Under the pieces are notes generated by a model. The model was given only the letters and a program-made list of their open reading frames with translations. It did no database searches and was not told where the DNA came from. Both the position numbers and the translations under genes were made by a program. A DNA stretch of 58,939 nt from Alphaproteobacteria bacterium (lineage in GTDB: Bacteria > Pseudomonadota > Alphaproteobacteria > UBA8366): contig JASLSL010000296.1 of assembly GCA_030743445.1 (NCBI GenBank), positions 1 to 58,939 on the forward strand, read 5' to 3'. Shown piece after piece: positions 17,119 through 26,052 of the stretch (position 1 is the first letter of the stretch; each line of letters opens with the position of its first letter).

Positions 17119-17709
17119 ATGAATTCCAAGACCGAGCTCGCCCGCGGCGACATCATGGCGATGGCGGACTACGCCAAGGTCCGCAAGGCGAAGCAACAGG
17201 AAATCGTCACCATCAAGAAGGTGCGGCGCATTCTGGTCGGCCCCTACGCGACCTGCCATTTCGAGAGCTACGAGACCATGTGGCGCCAGATCCACGAGAT
17301 GCTCTACATCGAAAAAGGTGGCGAGGAGCAGATCGGGGATGAGCTGGCGGCTTACAACCCGCTGATCCCGAAGGGCCGGGAGCTGATCGTGACGGTGATG
17401 TTCGAGATCGACGATCCAGACTTGCGCGCTCAATTCCTCGCCGGCCTCGGCGGGGTCGAGGAAACGATGACGTTGGAGTTCGACGGCGAGACCGTGGCCG
17501 GCGTGCCCGAGGCCGACGTCGACCGCACCACGGCGGACGGCAAGGCGTCCGCGGTGCAGTTCATCCACTTTCCCTTTACCGACGACCAGGTCGAGAAGTT
17601 CCGCTCACCCGGCGCGCGCGCGGTCATCGGCTTCGGCCACCCGGCCTACGCCCACATGGCGGTCCTGCCCGAGGAGACGCGCCGGTCGCTGGCGGGGGAT
17701 TTTACTTAG
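17119..17709 (+). CDS. DUF3501 family protein
   Basis: ATG 17119 lies in ORF 16882..17709, 10 nt after the Fe-S gene stop. The protein is acidic and soluble: YAKVRKAKQQEIVTIKKVRRILVGPYATCHFESYETMWRQIHEML. The family name and its association with rubrerythrin are recalled, not searched. Confidence 0.7.
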   Translation: MNSKTELARGDIMAMADYAKVRKAKQQEIVTIKKVRRILVGPYATCHFESYETMWRQIHEMLYIEKGGEEQIGDELAAYNPLIPKGRELIVTVMFEIDDPDLRAQFLAGLGGVEETMTLEFDGETVAGVPEADVDRTTADGKASAVQFIHFPFTDDQVEKFRSPGARAVIGFGHPAYAHMAVLPEETRRSLAGDFT

Positions 17710-18206
17710 GGAAAGGTCTCGCTCGGCTTGAGGCCCCAGATGCCGTGGCGCTCGATCCAGCCTTCGAAGCCGCGCGCCACCACCTGGCACCAGAGCTTGT
17801 CGCACTTCTCGACCATCGCGATCATGCCGGGGCCGAGCCGCGCCACGGCGGGCGATTCCTTGCTTGCCTGCCGGCGGAGTGTCGCCATCTTGCCGGTCAC
17901 GACGATGCTGCGGCGGCCCGACAGCATCGCCCGGTGGACCCAGCCCTCGGCCCCCTCCCAGTCCCGAATCTTACGCCAGGTGTCGAACTCGGCGATCACC
18001 TCGACCGGCATCGCCTTCTGCACGAACACCCATTTGACCGGATAGCGCACGCCCGGGCCGGCGCGGACGTTGACCTCGTCGGCCCGGAGCGAGGCGAAGC
18101 GCTGGACCTGCGTCAGCGCGTCCTTGTCGCCGCTTGGGCCTTGCGCCATCGCACCCGGCCCGATGACCACGATTCCCAAGATGCCAACAATGGCGGCGCA
18201 TCGCAT
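17706..18206 (-). CDS. Bacterial SH3-like domain protein (DUF1058-type), secreted
   Basis: ATG 18206 lies inside ORF 17706..18743. It has a signal peptide (MRCAAIVGILGIVVIGPGAMA) and two SH3-like halves (VNVRAGPGVRYPVKWVF...EGWVHRAML; ATLRRQASKESPAVARLGPG...CQVVARGFEGWI). Confidence 0.8.
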   Translation of the reverse strand: MRCAAIVGILGIVVIGPGAMAQGPSGDKDALTQVQRFASLRADEVNVRAGPGVRYPVKWVFVQKAMPVEVIAEFDTWRKIRDWEGAEGWVHRAMLSGRRSIVVTGKMATLRRQASKESPAVARLGPGMIAMVEKCDKLWCQVVARGFEGWIERHGIWGLKPSETFP

Positions 18207-18270
18207 CACGCTGTACAATGCGGGCCGCCGCGGTCTAAACCCGGTGCCGAGCGCAGTTCCGAGATTGATA

Positions 18271-19257
18271 ATGGCCAAGAAGAATTCTCTCGTTATCGTG
18301 ACCCGCAAACTCCCCGACGTGATCGAGACGCGGATGATGGAGTTGTTCGACGCACGGCTGAACCTCGAAGACCGCCCGATGTCGAAGGCGAAACTGATCG
18401 AGGCGGTAAAAGAAGCCGACATCCTGGTGCCGACCGTCACCGACCGCATCGACAAAGAGATTCTGACCCAAGCCGGTAAAAAGCTCAAGCTGATCGCCTC
18501 GTTCGGAACCGGCATCGACCACATCGATCTCGCCGCGGCGAAGGCGGCCGACATCATCGTGACCAACACGCCCGGGGTCCTGACCGAGGATACCGCCGAC
18601 ATGACCATGGCGTTGATCCTGGCGGTGCCGCGGCGCCTTGCCGAGGGCGAGCGCCTGGTGCGCTCGGGCACGTGGACCGGTTGGGGCCCGACCTCGATGC
18701 TGGGCCATCGCATCTGGGGCAAGCGACTCGGCATTATCGGCATGGGCCGGATCGGCCAGGCGGTCGCCCACCGGGCGCGCGGCTTCGGGCTCTCGATCCA
18801 TTACCACAACCGCCGCCAGGCGCACGCCGACATCGAAGCCGAGCTCGAGGCGACCTATTGGGAGAGTCTCGACCAGATGCTCGCCCACATGGACATCATC
18901 TCGGTCAACTGCCCGCATACGCCGGCGACCTTCCATCTGTTGTCGGAGCGCCGGCTCAAGCTGGTCAAGCCGCACGCCTATATCGTCAACACCAGCCGCG
19001 GCGAGGTCATCAACGAGAACGCGCTCGCCAAGATGCTGGCCAACGACGAGATCGCCGGCGCCGGGCTCGACGTGTTCGAGCACGAGCCGGCGATCAATCC
19101 GAAGCTCATGGAGCTGCAAAACGTCGTCCTGCTGCCGCATATGGGCTCGGCGACGCTCGAGGGCCGCATCGACATGGGCGACAAGGTGGTGATCAACATC
19201 AAGACCTTCGTCGACGGCCACGCCCCGCCGGACCGCGTGCTCGACGAGATGTTCTGA
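18271..19257 (+). CDS. D-isomer-specific 2-hydroxyacid dehydrogenase (glyoxylate/hydroxypyruvate reductase-like)
   Basis: ATG 18271 lies in ORF 18070..19257. It has the NAD motif GIIGMGRIGQAVAHRA, NTSRG and a catalytic His in LLPHMGSAT. Confidence 0.9.
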   Translation: MAKKNSLVIVTRKLPDVIETRMMELFDARLNLEDRPMSKAKLIEAVKEADILVPTVTDRIDKEILTQAGKKLKLIASFGTGIDHIDLAAAKAADIIVTNTPGVLTEDTADMTMALILAVPRRLAEGERLVRSGTWTGWGPTSMLGHRIWGKRLGIIGMGRIGQAVAHRARGFGLSIHYHNRRQAHADIEAELEATYWESLDQMLAHMDIISVNCPHTPATFHLLSERRLKLVKPHAYIVNTSRGEVINENALAKMLANDEIAGAGLDVFEHEPAINPKLMELQNVVLLPHMGSATLEGRIDMGDKVVINIKTFVDGHAPPDRVLDEMF

Positions 19258-19344
19258 CCGGGCGGGCCGATATAGCCCTTCCTCTGCGACGCCGACTGCG
19301 ATTATGATGGGCGAGGACAAATTGCCGGGACGGAATGCCGGGGA

Positions 19345-19542
19345 ATGAGCGACCGCGCACTGAAAATGTTGAGGATCTATCTCGACGCCCGCGCCGATGA
19401 AGAGGCCGAGTCGGAGATCGACACCCGCCGAGTCGACGGCGAGATCAGGGCGTCCGCCAGACGCGTGGTCGGCGAGATCATCGAGCGACACCCGGACAGG
19501 GCGGTCTCGATCATCCGTAAATGGATGATCCAATACCATTGA
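19345..19542 (+). CDS. 65-aa ORF resembling the C-terminal FliG-binding segment of the MS-ring protein FliF
   Basis: MSDRALKMLRIYLDARADEEAESEIDTRRVDGEIRASARRVVGEIIERHPDRAVSIIRKWMIQYH. The tail resembles the FliF C-terminus as I recall it for Salmonella (..NDPRVVALVIRQWMSNDHE). It stops 9 nt before the fliG ATG. The reading frame is closed by TAG at 19273. Confidence 0.5.
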   Translation: MSDRALKMLRIYLDARADEEAESEIDTRRVDGEIRASARRVVGEIIERHPDRAVSIIRKWMIQYH

Positions 19543-19551
19543 GGCTGAGCG

Positions 19552-20568
19552 ATGCAGGTTCGTGACGACTACCGAAGCCTGGGCGGCCCCGAGAAGGCTG
19601 CGATCCTGATGCTGTCGCTCGACGAGGAGCACGCCACGCAGATCTTCGGGCTCATGGACGACGAGGAGATCCGCGAGATTTCTCAGACCATGGCAAACCT
19701 GGGGACGGTAAACTCCGAGGTCGTCGAGCGCCTGTTCGTCGAGTTCGCCGAACAGATTTCCTCGACCGGCTCCCTGGTCGGCACCATGGCCAGCACCGAG
19801 CGGGCCTTGGGCAATGCACTCGGCGAAGAGCGGGTGGCCACGATCATGGAGGAGATCCGCGGTCCGGCGGGCCGCACCATGTGGGACAAGCTCGCCAATG
19901 TGAATGAGACCGTGCTCGCCAACTACCTCAAGAACGAATACCCGCAGACCGTCGCGGTGATCATGTCCAAGATCAAGTCGGAGCATGCGTCGCGGGTTCT
20001 GACCACCCTGCCCGAGACCTTCGCGATGGAGGTCATCTCTCGGATGCTGCGCATGGAGGCGGTGCAGAAGGAAGTCGTGGACGATGTCGAACGCACACTC
20101 CGCAACGAGTTCATGTCCAACCTCGCCCGCACCCAAACCCAGGACAGCCACGAGATGATGTCGGAAATCTTCAACAGCTTAGACCGGGGGACGGAAGACC
20201 GCTTCATGGGCATGCTGGAGGAGCGCAACCGGGAATCAGCGGAGCGCATCCGCGCCCTGATGTTCACCTTCGACGACTTGGCGAAGATCGACCCAGCGGG
20301 CATCCAGACGCTGCTGCGCGCGGTCGACAAGGATAAGCTGGGGACGGCGCTCAAGGGCGCCTCGGACACGGTCAAGGATCTGTTCTTCGACAACATGTCG
20401 GAGCGCGCGGCGAAGATCCTGCGCGAGGACATGGCGGCGATGGGCCCGGTTCGCCTCCGCGACGTCGACGAGGCGCAGGCCGAGATGGTCAGTAACGCGA
20501 AGGACCTCGCCGCAAAGGGCGAGATCATGATCGCCGAAGGCGGCGCCGACGACGAACTGGTCTACTGA
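19552..20568 (+). CDS. fliG: Flagellar motor switch protein FliG
   Basis: 338 aa. It has [36 protein letters not shown] and the charged torque-helix region [20 protein letters not shown] is present. Confidence 0.93.
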   Translation: MQVRDDYRSLGGPEKAAILMLSLDEEHATQIFGLMDDEEIREISQTMANLGTVNSEVVERLFVEFAEQISSTGSLVGTMASTERALGNALGEERVATIMEEIRGPAGRTMWDKLANVNETVLANYLKNEYPQTVAVIMSKIKSEHASRVLTTLPETFAMEVISRMLRMEAVQKEVVDDVERTLRNEFMSNLARTQTQDSHEMMSEIFNSLDRGTEDRFMGMLEERNRESAERIRALMFTFDDLAKIDPAGIQTLLRAVDKDKLGTALKGASDTVKDLFFDNMSERAAKILREDMAAMGPVRLRDVDEAQAEMVSNAKDLAAKGEIMIAEGGADDELVY

Positions 20569-21758
20569 GGCCGCACCGAGCTTCGTACCCCGAGACCATT
20601 GTCCGGCGCGGCGAACCGCGCGATCGAGAACGCGTCGATCGGCAGCGAACTCTTCCCATCCAATATCAACTCGGCGATGATCCGGCCGACGATCGGGCCG
20701 AGCTGGAAACCGTGGGCCGAGAAGCCGAAGGCGTGATAGGCGTCGGGTGCGGCCTGGCCGGGGCCGATAACCGGAATCTCGTCGGGCATGATGCCCTCGA
20801 TGCCGCACCAGGTCCGGACCACCGCCACCTCGCTCATGATCGGGAACACCCGGCACACGGTGCGGGCGCTGAGCGCCATCTTGGCGGGATCGGGCTCGGC
20901 GGTCTCGGCATCGCGGTCGGCCCCGCCGCGATGCCCGCCGCCGATCAGCACCGTGCCCGCGTGCGTCTGCTTGAACGACAGCTTATCGCCGGCAAGCCCG
21001 CAGACCGGCTCGATGAAGCGCGGCACGGGGCCGGTCACCATCATCATCGGCGCCGCCGCAGCCAGTGGCGCACGATCCCCCAGCATCGCCGCGATGCGAT
21101 CGCCCCAGGCCCCGGCGCAATTGACCACGACCGGCGCCGCATAGCGCCGGTCGCCGGCGCGCACGTGCCATTCGTCGCCCCGGCGCTCGATCCCGGTGAC
21201 GCCGTCGTTCAACGCGAATTCGACCCCGAGGGATTCCGCCTTGCGCCAAAACGCGCCCGTCGTTCGCATCGGATCGGCGGCGCCGTCCTCGCGGCACACC
21301 AGAGCGCCGACACAGTGTGGCGCCACCGCCGGCACCAGGTGTTGCAACTCGTTGCCGCTGACCGGCTCCTCGTGGTCGTAGCCGAGGTCGCGGACCATCC
21401 GGGCGCGCGCCTCCAAGGTTTTCATCTCGTCTTCGTTTTCGGCGATTTTGATCTGGCCGTGCGCCTCGAAGCCGCAGTCATGGCCGACCAGCGCCTCGAT
21501 CCGCTGCCAGATTTCGAGCGATTCGACGGCGAGCGGGATTTCCGCCGGATGCCGGCCGAGCCGCCGGACCCCGCCGGCGTTGACCCCCGAGGCAAACCGC
21601 CCCGGCGTGCGCATTTCGATGATCCGCACCCGCTTCCCGCGCAACGCCAGTTGGAGCGCCGCCGAGCAGCCATGAAGGCCGCCCCCGACAACGATGACAT
21701 CGATCGGCCCGGGGATCGGCGCTTGAGACGCCCTTGGGGACGGCCGGGGGGACGGCAT
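20562..21758 (-). CDS. FAD-dependent oxidoreductase (DAO family; sarcosine oxidase beta / D-amino-acid dehydrogenase-like)
   Basis: Lies in ORF 20562..21824. It has the dinucleotide fold [33 protein letters not shown] 21758 avoids overlap with the upstream gene. Confidence 0.85.
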   Translation of the reverse strand: MPSPRPSPRASQAPIPGPIDVIVVGGGLHGCSAALQLALRGKRVRIIEMRTPGRFASGVNAGGVRRLGRHPAEIPLAVESLEIWQRIEALVGHDCGFEAHGQIKIAENEDEMKTLEARARMVRDLGYDHEEPVSGNELQHLVPAVAPHCVGALVCREDGAADPMRTTGAFWRKAESLGVEFALNDGVTGIERRGDEWHVRAGDRRYAAPVVVNCAGAWGDRIAAMLGDRAPLAAAAPMMMVTGPVPRFIEPVCGLAGDKLSFKQTHAGTVLIGGGHRGGADRDAETAEPDPAKMALSARTVCRVFPIMSEVAVVRTWCGIEGIMPDEIPVIGPGQAAPDAYHAFGFSAHGFQLGPIVGRIIAELILDGKSSLPIDAFSIARFAAPDNGLGVRSSVRPQ

Positions 21759-21766
21759 GAAAGGGG

Positions 21767-22573
21767 TTATTCCGCCGCGCTGGCGAGCTCGGTGATGCTC
21801 GGCGCCTCGCCGCAGAGCGCGCACTTCGCGTCGCGCCGGACCTTGAGCTCGCGCAGGTTGGCGCCGAGCGCATCGTAGAGCAGCAGCCGGCCCGAGAGCC
21901 CGTCGCCGAGGCCGAGCAGTTCCTTCAGCACCTCGGTCGCCTGCATGGTGCCCAAGACGCCCGCGACGGAGCCGAAAATTCCGGCCTGCTCGCAGCCCGG
22001 GACGAGGTCGCGGTCAGGCTGGTTCGGGAACAAACACCGGTAGCAGGGATTGTCGCCCTCGCGATAAGCCTTGACCGTGGTGAGTTGGCCCTCGTAGCGC
22101 AGCAACGCCGCGGTCACCAACGGCACCTTGGCGAAATAGCACGCGTCGTTGACGAGGTACCTTGTGTCGAAATTATCGCTGCCGTCGGCAACCAGATCGT
22201 AGCGCGAGATGATATCGAGCGCGTTGCCGGCGACCAGCCGCTCGTTGTGGGTCGTGACCTCGATCTCCGGATTGATCGAGCGGAGACGGTCGATCGCGCT
22301 CTCGACCTTGGCGCGGCCGATGTCCTCGGTGCCGTGGACGATCTGGCGCTGCAAATTGGTGATATCGACGGTGTCGAAGTCGACGATGCCGAGCCGCCCG
22401 ACCCCGGCCGCCGCCAGGTACATCAACACCGGCGAGCCGAGACCGCCGGCGCCGACCACCAGGGCGCTGGAGCGCAAGAGGCGCGCCTGGCCTTCCTCGC
22501 CGACTTCCTCGAGCACCACGTGACGCGCATAGCGCATCAGTTGCTCGTCGGTGATTTCGTCGATTTCGCTCAT
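21767..22573 (-). CDS. moeB: HesA/MoeB/ThiF family adenylyltransferase (molybdopterin-synthase adenylyltransferase-like), no rhodanese domain
   Basis: ATG 22573 lies in ORF 21767..22963. It has RYARHVVLEEVGEEGQARLLRSSALVVGAGGLGSP and two CxxC pairs (CYRC, CALC). Confidence 0.85.
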   Translation of the reverse strand: MSEIDEITDEQLMRYARHVVLEEVGEEGQARLLRSSALVVGAGGLGSPVLMYLAAAGVGRLGIVDFDTVDITNLQRQIVHGTEDIGRAKVESAIDRLRSINPEIEVTTHNERLVAGNALDIISRYDLVADGSDNFDTRYLVNDACYFAKVPLVTAALLRYEGQLTTVKAYREGDNPCYRCLFPNQPDRDLVPGCEQAGIFGSVAGVLGTMQATEVLKELLGLGDGLSGRLLLYDALGANLRELKVRRDAKCALCGEAPSITELASAAE

Positions 22574-22590
22574 CGTTTCGAACCCGTCCT

Positions 22591-23565
22591 TTATAGCCCG
22601 TCGAACAGCTCGGTCGAAAGGTAGCGTTCGGCGAAGCTCGGGATGATGACGACGATCCGCTTGCCCTTCATCCCGGGTCGCCCGGCGACCTCGAGCGCCG
22701 CCGAAATCGCCGCCCCCGACGAGATGCCGATCGGCAACCCCTCGAGCTGGGCGGCCTTGCGCGCCATCTCGAAGGCGGTTTCGTTGGCGATGGTGACGAT
22801 CTCGTCGATCATCTCGGTATTCAGGATCGAAGGGACGAATCCGGCGCCGATGCCGGCGATCCGGTGGGAGCCCGGCGGGCGGCCCGAGAGCACCGCGCTG
22901 TCCTCGGGTTCGACCGCGATCATCCGAAGCTCCGGGTTGCGCTCCTTCAACACCTCGGCGCATCCGGTCAGGGTGCCGCCTGTGCCGACCCCCACCACCA
23001 CCACGTCGACCTGGCCGCCGGTATCGCGCCAGATCTCCTCGGCGGTGGTCCGGCGATGGATTTCCGGATTGGCGGGATTGTCGAACTGCTGCGGCATCAC
23101 CGCGTCGCCGATCTCGGCGATCAGCTCCTCGGCGCGGCGGATCGAGCCCGCCATGCCGTCCGCCGCCGGGGTGAGCTCCAATTCGGCACCCAATAGCAAC
23201 AGCATCTTGCGCCGCTCGATCGACATCGACTCGGGCATCGTCAGGATCAGCCGGTAGCCCTTGGCGGCGGCGACGAAGGCGAGCGCGATCCCGGTATTGC
23301 CCGAGGTCGGCTCGACCAGCACCGTGTCCTTGCCGATCTTGCCCTCGGCCTCGAGCGCCTCGATCATCGCGAGGCCGATGCGGTCCTTGACCGAGCCCAG
23401 CGGATTGAAGAATTCGAGCTTGGCCACGAGATCGACCTCGACCCCGGCATCGGCGGCGAGGCGCGAGAGACGCACCAGCGGCGTCTCGCCGATGGTCTCC
23501 AGAATGCTCTCTCGGATACGGCCCTCGGGCCGCGCCGCGCCATCGTCCATGACCGCGTTATCCAC
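22591..23565 (-). CDS. cysK: Cysteine synthase A (O-acetylserine sulfhydrylase)
   Basis: [19 protein letters not shown] carries the PLP Lys. [18 protein letters not shown] and [10 protein letters not shown] are also present. Confidence 0.93.
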   Translation of the reverse strand: MDNAVMDDGAARPEGRIRESILETIGETPLVRLSRLAADAGVEVDLVAKLEFFNPLGSVKDRIGLAMIEALEAEGKIGKDTVLVEPTSGNTGIALAFVAAAKGYRLILTMPESMSIERRKMLLLLGAELELTPAADGMAGSIRRAEELIAEIGDAVMPQQFDNPANPEIHRRTTAEEIWRDTGGQVDVVVVGVGTGGTLTGCAEVLKERNPELRMIAVEPEDSAVLSGRPPGSHRIAGIGAGFVPSILNTEMIDEIVTIANETAFEMARKAAQLEGLPIGISSGAAISAALEVAGRPGMKGKRIVVIIPSFAERYLSTELFDGL

Positions 23566-23655
23566 TCGGTGTGAAATCTCTCGATTTACGCGCGATCAAG
23601 CGTAAAACGCGCCACGGACGGCCACAAGGGCAAGCGGATCGGTGGCGCCGAGGCG

Positions 23656-24111
23656 TCAAATCATGAAGTCGAACTGGTCCTGCGCCGCGCATTCGACGCC
23701 GGCGTCGCGGGCCCGGGCGCAGAGGTCCTCGATGCTGATCTTGTCGAGGCGCTCGAGCGCCGTATCCTGCAGGTCCTGCCAGATCGGCCGCAGCACCTTC
23801 TGGCCGAGGTCGGGGCCGGTCGAGCTCTCGAGCGGGTCCATGGTGCCCTCCATCGCCGAGACGATGCGGGTGATCTCGCCCAAGGTGATGCGCCGGCGCT
23901 CGCGGGCCAGGCGATAGCCGCCGCGCGGCCCCCGGACCCCGCGCAGGATTCCGGCACGCACCAGGCGCTGCAGCACCTGCTCCAGATAGCGGCGCGGAAT
24001 TTCCTGGCGCTCGGCGATGTCCTTGCTCTGCACCGGCACGTCGGAGGCGTTGTAGGCGATGTCGACGACCGCCTCGATGGCGAACATCAGCTTGCGGGTC
24101 AGGCGCAGCAT
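23656..24111 (-). CDS. Rrf2 family transcriptional regulator
   Basis: MLRLTRKLMFAIEAVVDIAYN...SKDIAERQEIPRRYLEQVLQRLVRAGILRGVRGPRGGYRLAR. The ATG is 3 nt after the dut stop. Confidence 0.9.
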   Translation of the reverse strand: MLRLTRKLMFAIEAVVDIAYNASDVPVQSKDIAERQEIPRRYLEQVLQRLVRAGILRGVRGPRGGYRLARERRRITLGEITRIVSAMEGTMDPLESSTGPDLGQKVLRPIWQDLQDTALERLDKISIEDLCARARDAGVECAAQDQFDFMI

Positions 24112-24114
24112 CGC

Positions 24115-24573
24115 TCAATCCCCGCCGGTGCCGGTCGAGCCGAAGCCGCCCATGCCGCGGTGCGAGTCGGGCAGCTCGTCGACCTCCTGCCAGGCGAGAT
24201 GGGTCACCGGGGCGACCACCAATTGCGCGATCCGCATGCCGCGCGAGACGGTGAACGGCGCCGCGCCGAGATTGGCGAGGATCACGCCGACCTCGCCGCG
24301 ATAGTCCGCGTCGACGGTGCCGGGCGCGTTCAACACGGTGATGCCGTGCTTCAACGCCAAGCCCGAACGCGGCCGGACCTGCGCCTCGTAGCCCGGCGGG
24401 AGCGCAATGGCGAGCCCGGTCGGCACCAGCGCGCGGCCGCCCGGCGCCAACACCAGGTCCGCGTCGAGTGCGGCGAGCAGATCGAGCCCGGCGCTGTCGT
24501 CGGTCGCATAGTCGGGGAGCGGCAGACCATTGCCGTGGGGAAGCCGTTGGACCTCGACCGTGACCCGGCTCAT
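24115..24573 (-). CDS. dut: dUTP diphosphatase
   Basis: ATG 24573 lies inside ORF 24115..24957. It has [31 protein letters not shown] and a GFGSTG C-terminus. Confidence 0.93.
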   Translation of the reverse strand: MSRVTVEVQRLPHGNGLPLPDYATDDSAGLDLLAALDADLVLAPGGRALVPTGLAIALPPGYEAQVRPRSGLALKHGITVLNAPGTVDADYRGEVGVILANLGAAPFTVSRGMRIAQLVVAPVTHLAWQEVDELPDSHRGMGGFGSTGTGGD

Positions 24574-25790
24574 GACCCGCCGCCGAAATGCTCGGCGATG
24601 CGCTCTGCGAGCCGGCCCGCGACCTCCTCCTTGGTCATCCGCGGCCAGTCCTCGACACCCCCCTTGGACCCCCCTGCGCCGATCAGGTGGATGGTGTTGG
24701 CGTCGCCGCCGAAGGTCCCGGTCGCGCGCGACACGTCGTTGGCGAGGATCCAGTCGCAGCCCTTGGCCTTGCGCTTCTTCTTGGCGTTGGCGACCACGTT
24801 TTCCGTTTCGGCCGCGAAACCGACCACCAGCGCCGGTCGAAGATTGCCGGCGCCGGCCAGCGACTTCAGGATATCCGGGTTCTCGATCATCTCCAGCGAG
24901 GGCGGGCCGCCGCCGTTCTTCTTGAGCTTCTCGTCCGCCGCTTCGGCGACTCGCCAATCGGCGACCGCGGCGGCGCAGACCGCCATGTCGGCCGGCAGCG
25001 CGGCCTCGCAGGCCGCCAGCATGTCCCGGGCGGTCTCGACATGGATTACCTCGACCCCGGCGGGATCGGCCAGGGTCACCGGGCCGGTAACCAGCCGGGT
25101 CTCGGCGCCGAGTCCCGCGAGGGCCGCGGCGATGGCGTGGCCCTGCTTGCCGGACGAGTGGTTGGCGATATAGCGCACCGGGTCGATCGGCTCGCGGGTC
25201 GGGCCGCTGGTCACCAGCGCCCGGCGGCCGGCAAGCGGCCTATTTGCACCGCCGAAAAAATCCTCGATCGCCTCGACGATCGCCTCCGGCTCGGCCATCC
25301 GGCCCATGCCGTACTCGCCGCACGCCATGTCGCCCTCGTCGGGACCGATGCGGATCACGCCGCGCGCCTCGAGCATGGCGATATTGGCCTGGGTCGCGGC
25401 GTGCTCCCACATCCGGACGTTCATCGCAGGTGCCACCATGACCGGCTTGTCGGTCGCCAACAGCACCGTGGTCGCGAGGTCGCTCGCCAGCCCGCCCGCC
25501 ATCTTGGCCAGGATATCGGCGGTCGCCGGTGCGACCACCAGCAGGTCGGCCTCGCGCGAGAGCTGGATATGGCCCATTTCGGATTCGTCGGTCAGCGAGA
25601 AGATGTCGCCATAGACCTTGTCCTCCGAGAGCGCCTGCAAGGAGAGCGCGGTGACGAACTGCGCGCCCCCTTCGGTCAGGATGCAACGCACCGCCGCCCC
25701 CCGTTCGCGCAACCGGCGAATGAGGTCGTGGCACTTGTAGGCGGCGATGCCGCCCGCGACGGTCAGGAGAATGCGTTTTCCCGCCAACAT
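24570..25790 (-). CDS. coaBC: Bifunctional phosphopantothenoylcysteine decarboxylase / phosphopantothenate-cysteine ligase
   Basis: 406 aa with [20 protein letters not shown] and [25 protein letters not shown]. It overlaps the dut start by 4 nt (ATGA). Confidence 0.93.
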   Translation of the reverse strand: MLAGKRILLTVAGGIAAYKCHDLIRRLRERGAAVRCILTEGGAQFVTALSLQALSEDKVYGDIFSLTDESEMGHIQLSREADLLVVAPATADILAKMAGGLASDLATTVLLATDKPVMVAPAMNVRMWEHAATQANIAMLEARGVIRIGPDEGDMACGEYGMGRMAEPEAIVEAIEDFFGGANRPLAGRRALVTSGPTREPIDPVRYIANHSSGKQGHAIAAALAGLGAETRLVTGPVTLADPAGVEVIHVETARDMLAACEAALPADMAVCAAAVADWRVAEAADEKLKKNGGGPPSLEMIENPDILKSLAGAGNLRPALVVGFAAETENVVANAKKKRKAKGCDWILANDVSRATGTFGGDANTIHLIGAGGSKGGVEDWPRMTKEEVAGRLAERIAEHFGGGS

Positions 25791-26052
25791 CCCGAATTTA
25801 TCCCGTTTGAAACCGCGGCTCCGCCTCTATTCACAAGCCGAAGCTGTATTTAAAGGTAATGCCGCCGCCCGCCGGCCGCAAGTGGGGAGGCGGGTAACCG
25901 CCATTAACTATAAATTGTCGCCGGATCGTTCGCCATCCTTAACGAATTCCCAGCCATGCTCCAAAATCAGGCCTGCAATTGGTATTGAACAACGTTATTG
26001 AACGTTGGTCAATTAATCTGTGGGAAGAAATAACCTGCAATACATCAATAAC

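Noticed and set aside
17706-17709. Convergent stop-codon overlap of DUF3501 and the SH3-domain gene (TTAG)
   Set aside because: The overlap is real but trivial. Overlapping convergent stops are common in compact high-GC genomes. It only implies that no intergenic terminator is present.
25747-26001. 84-aa ORF in the ubiB-coaBC spacer
   Set aside because: It has low-GC, non-coding-like composition, no RBS and no recognisable product. It overlaps the repeat-rich promoter region.
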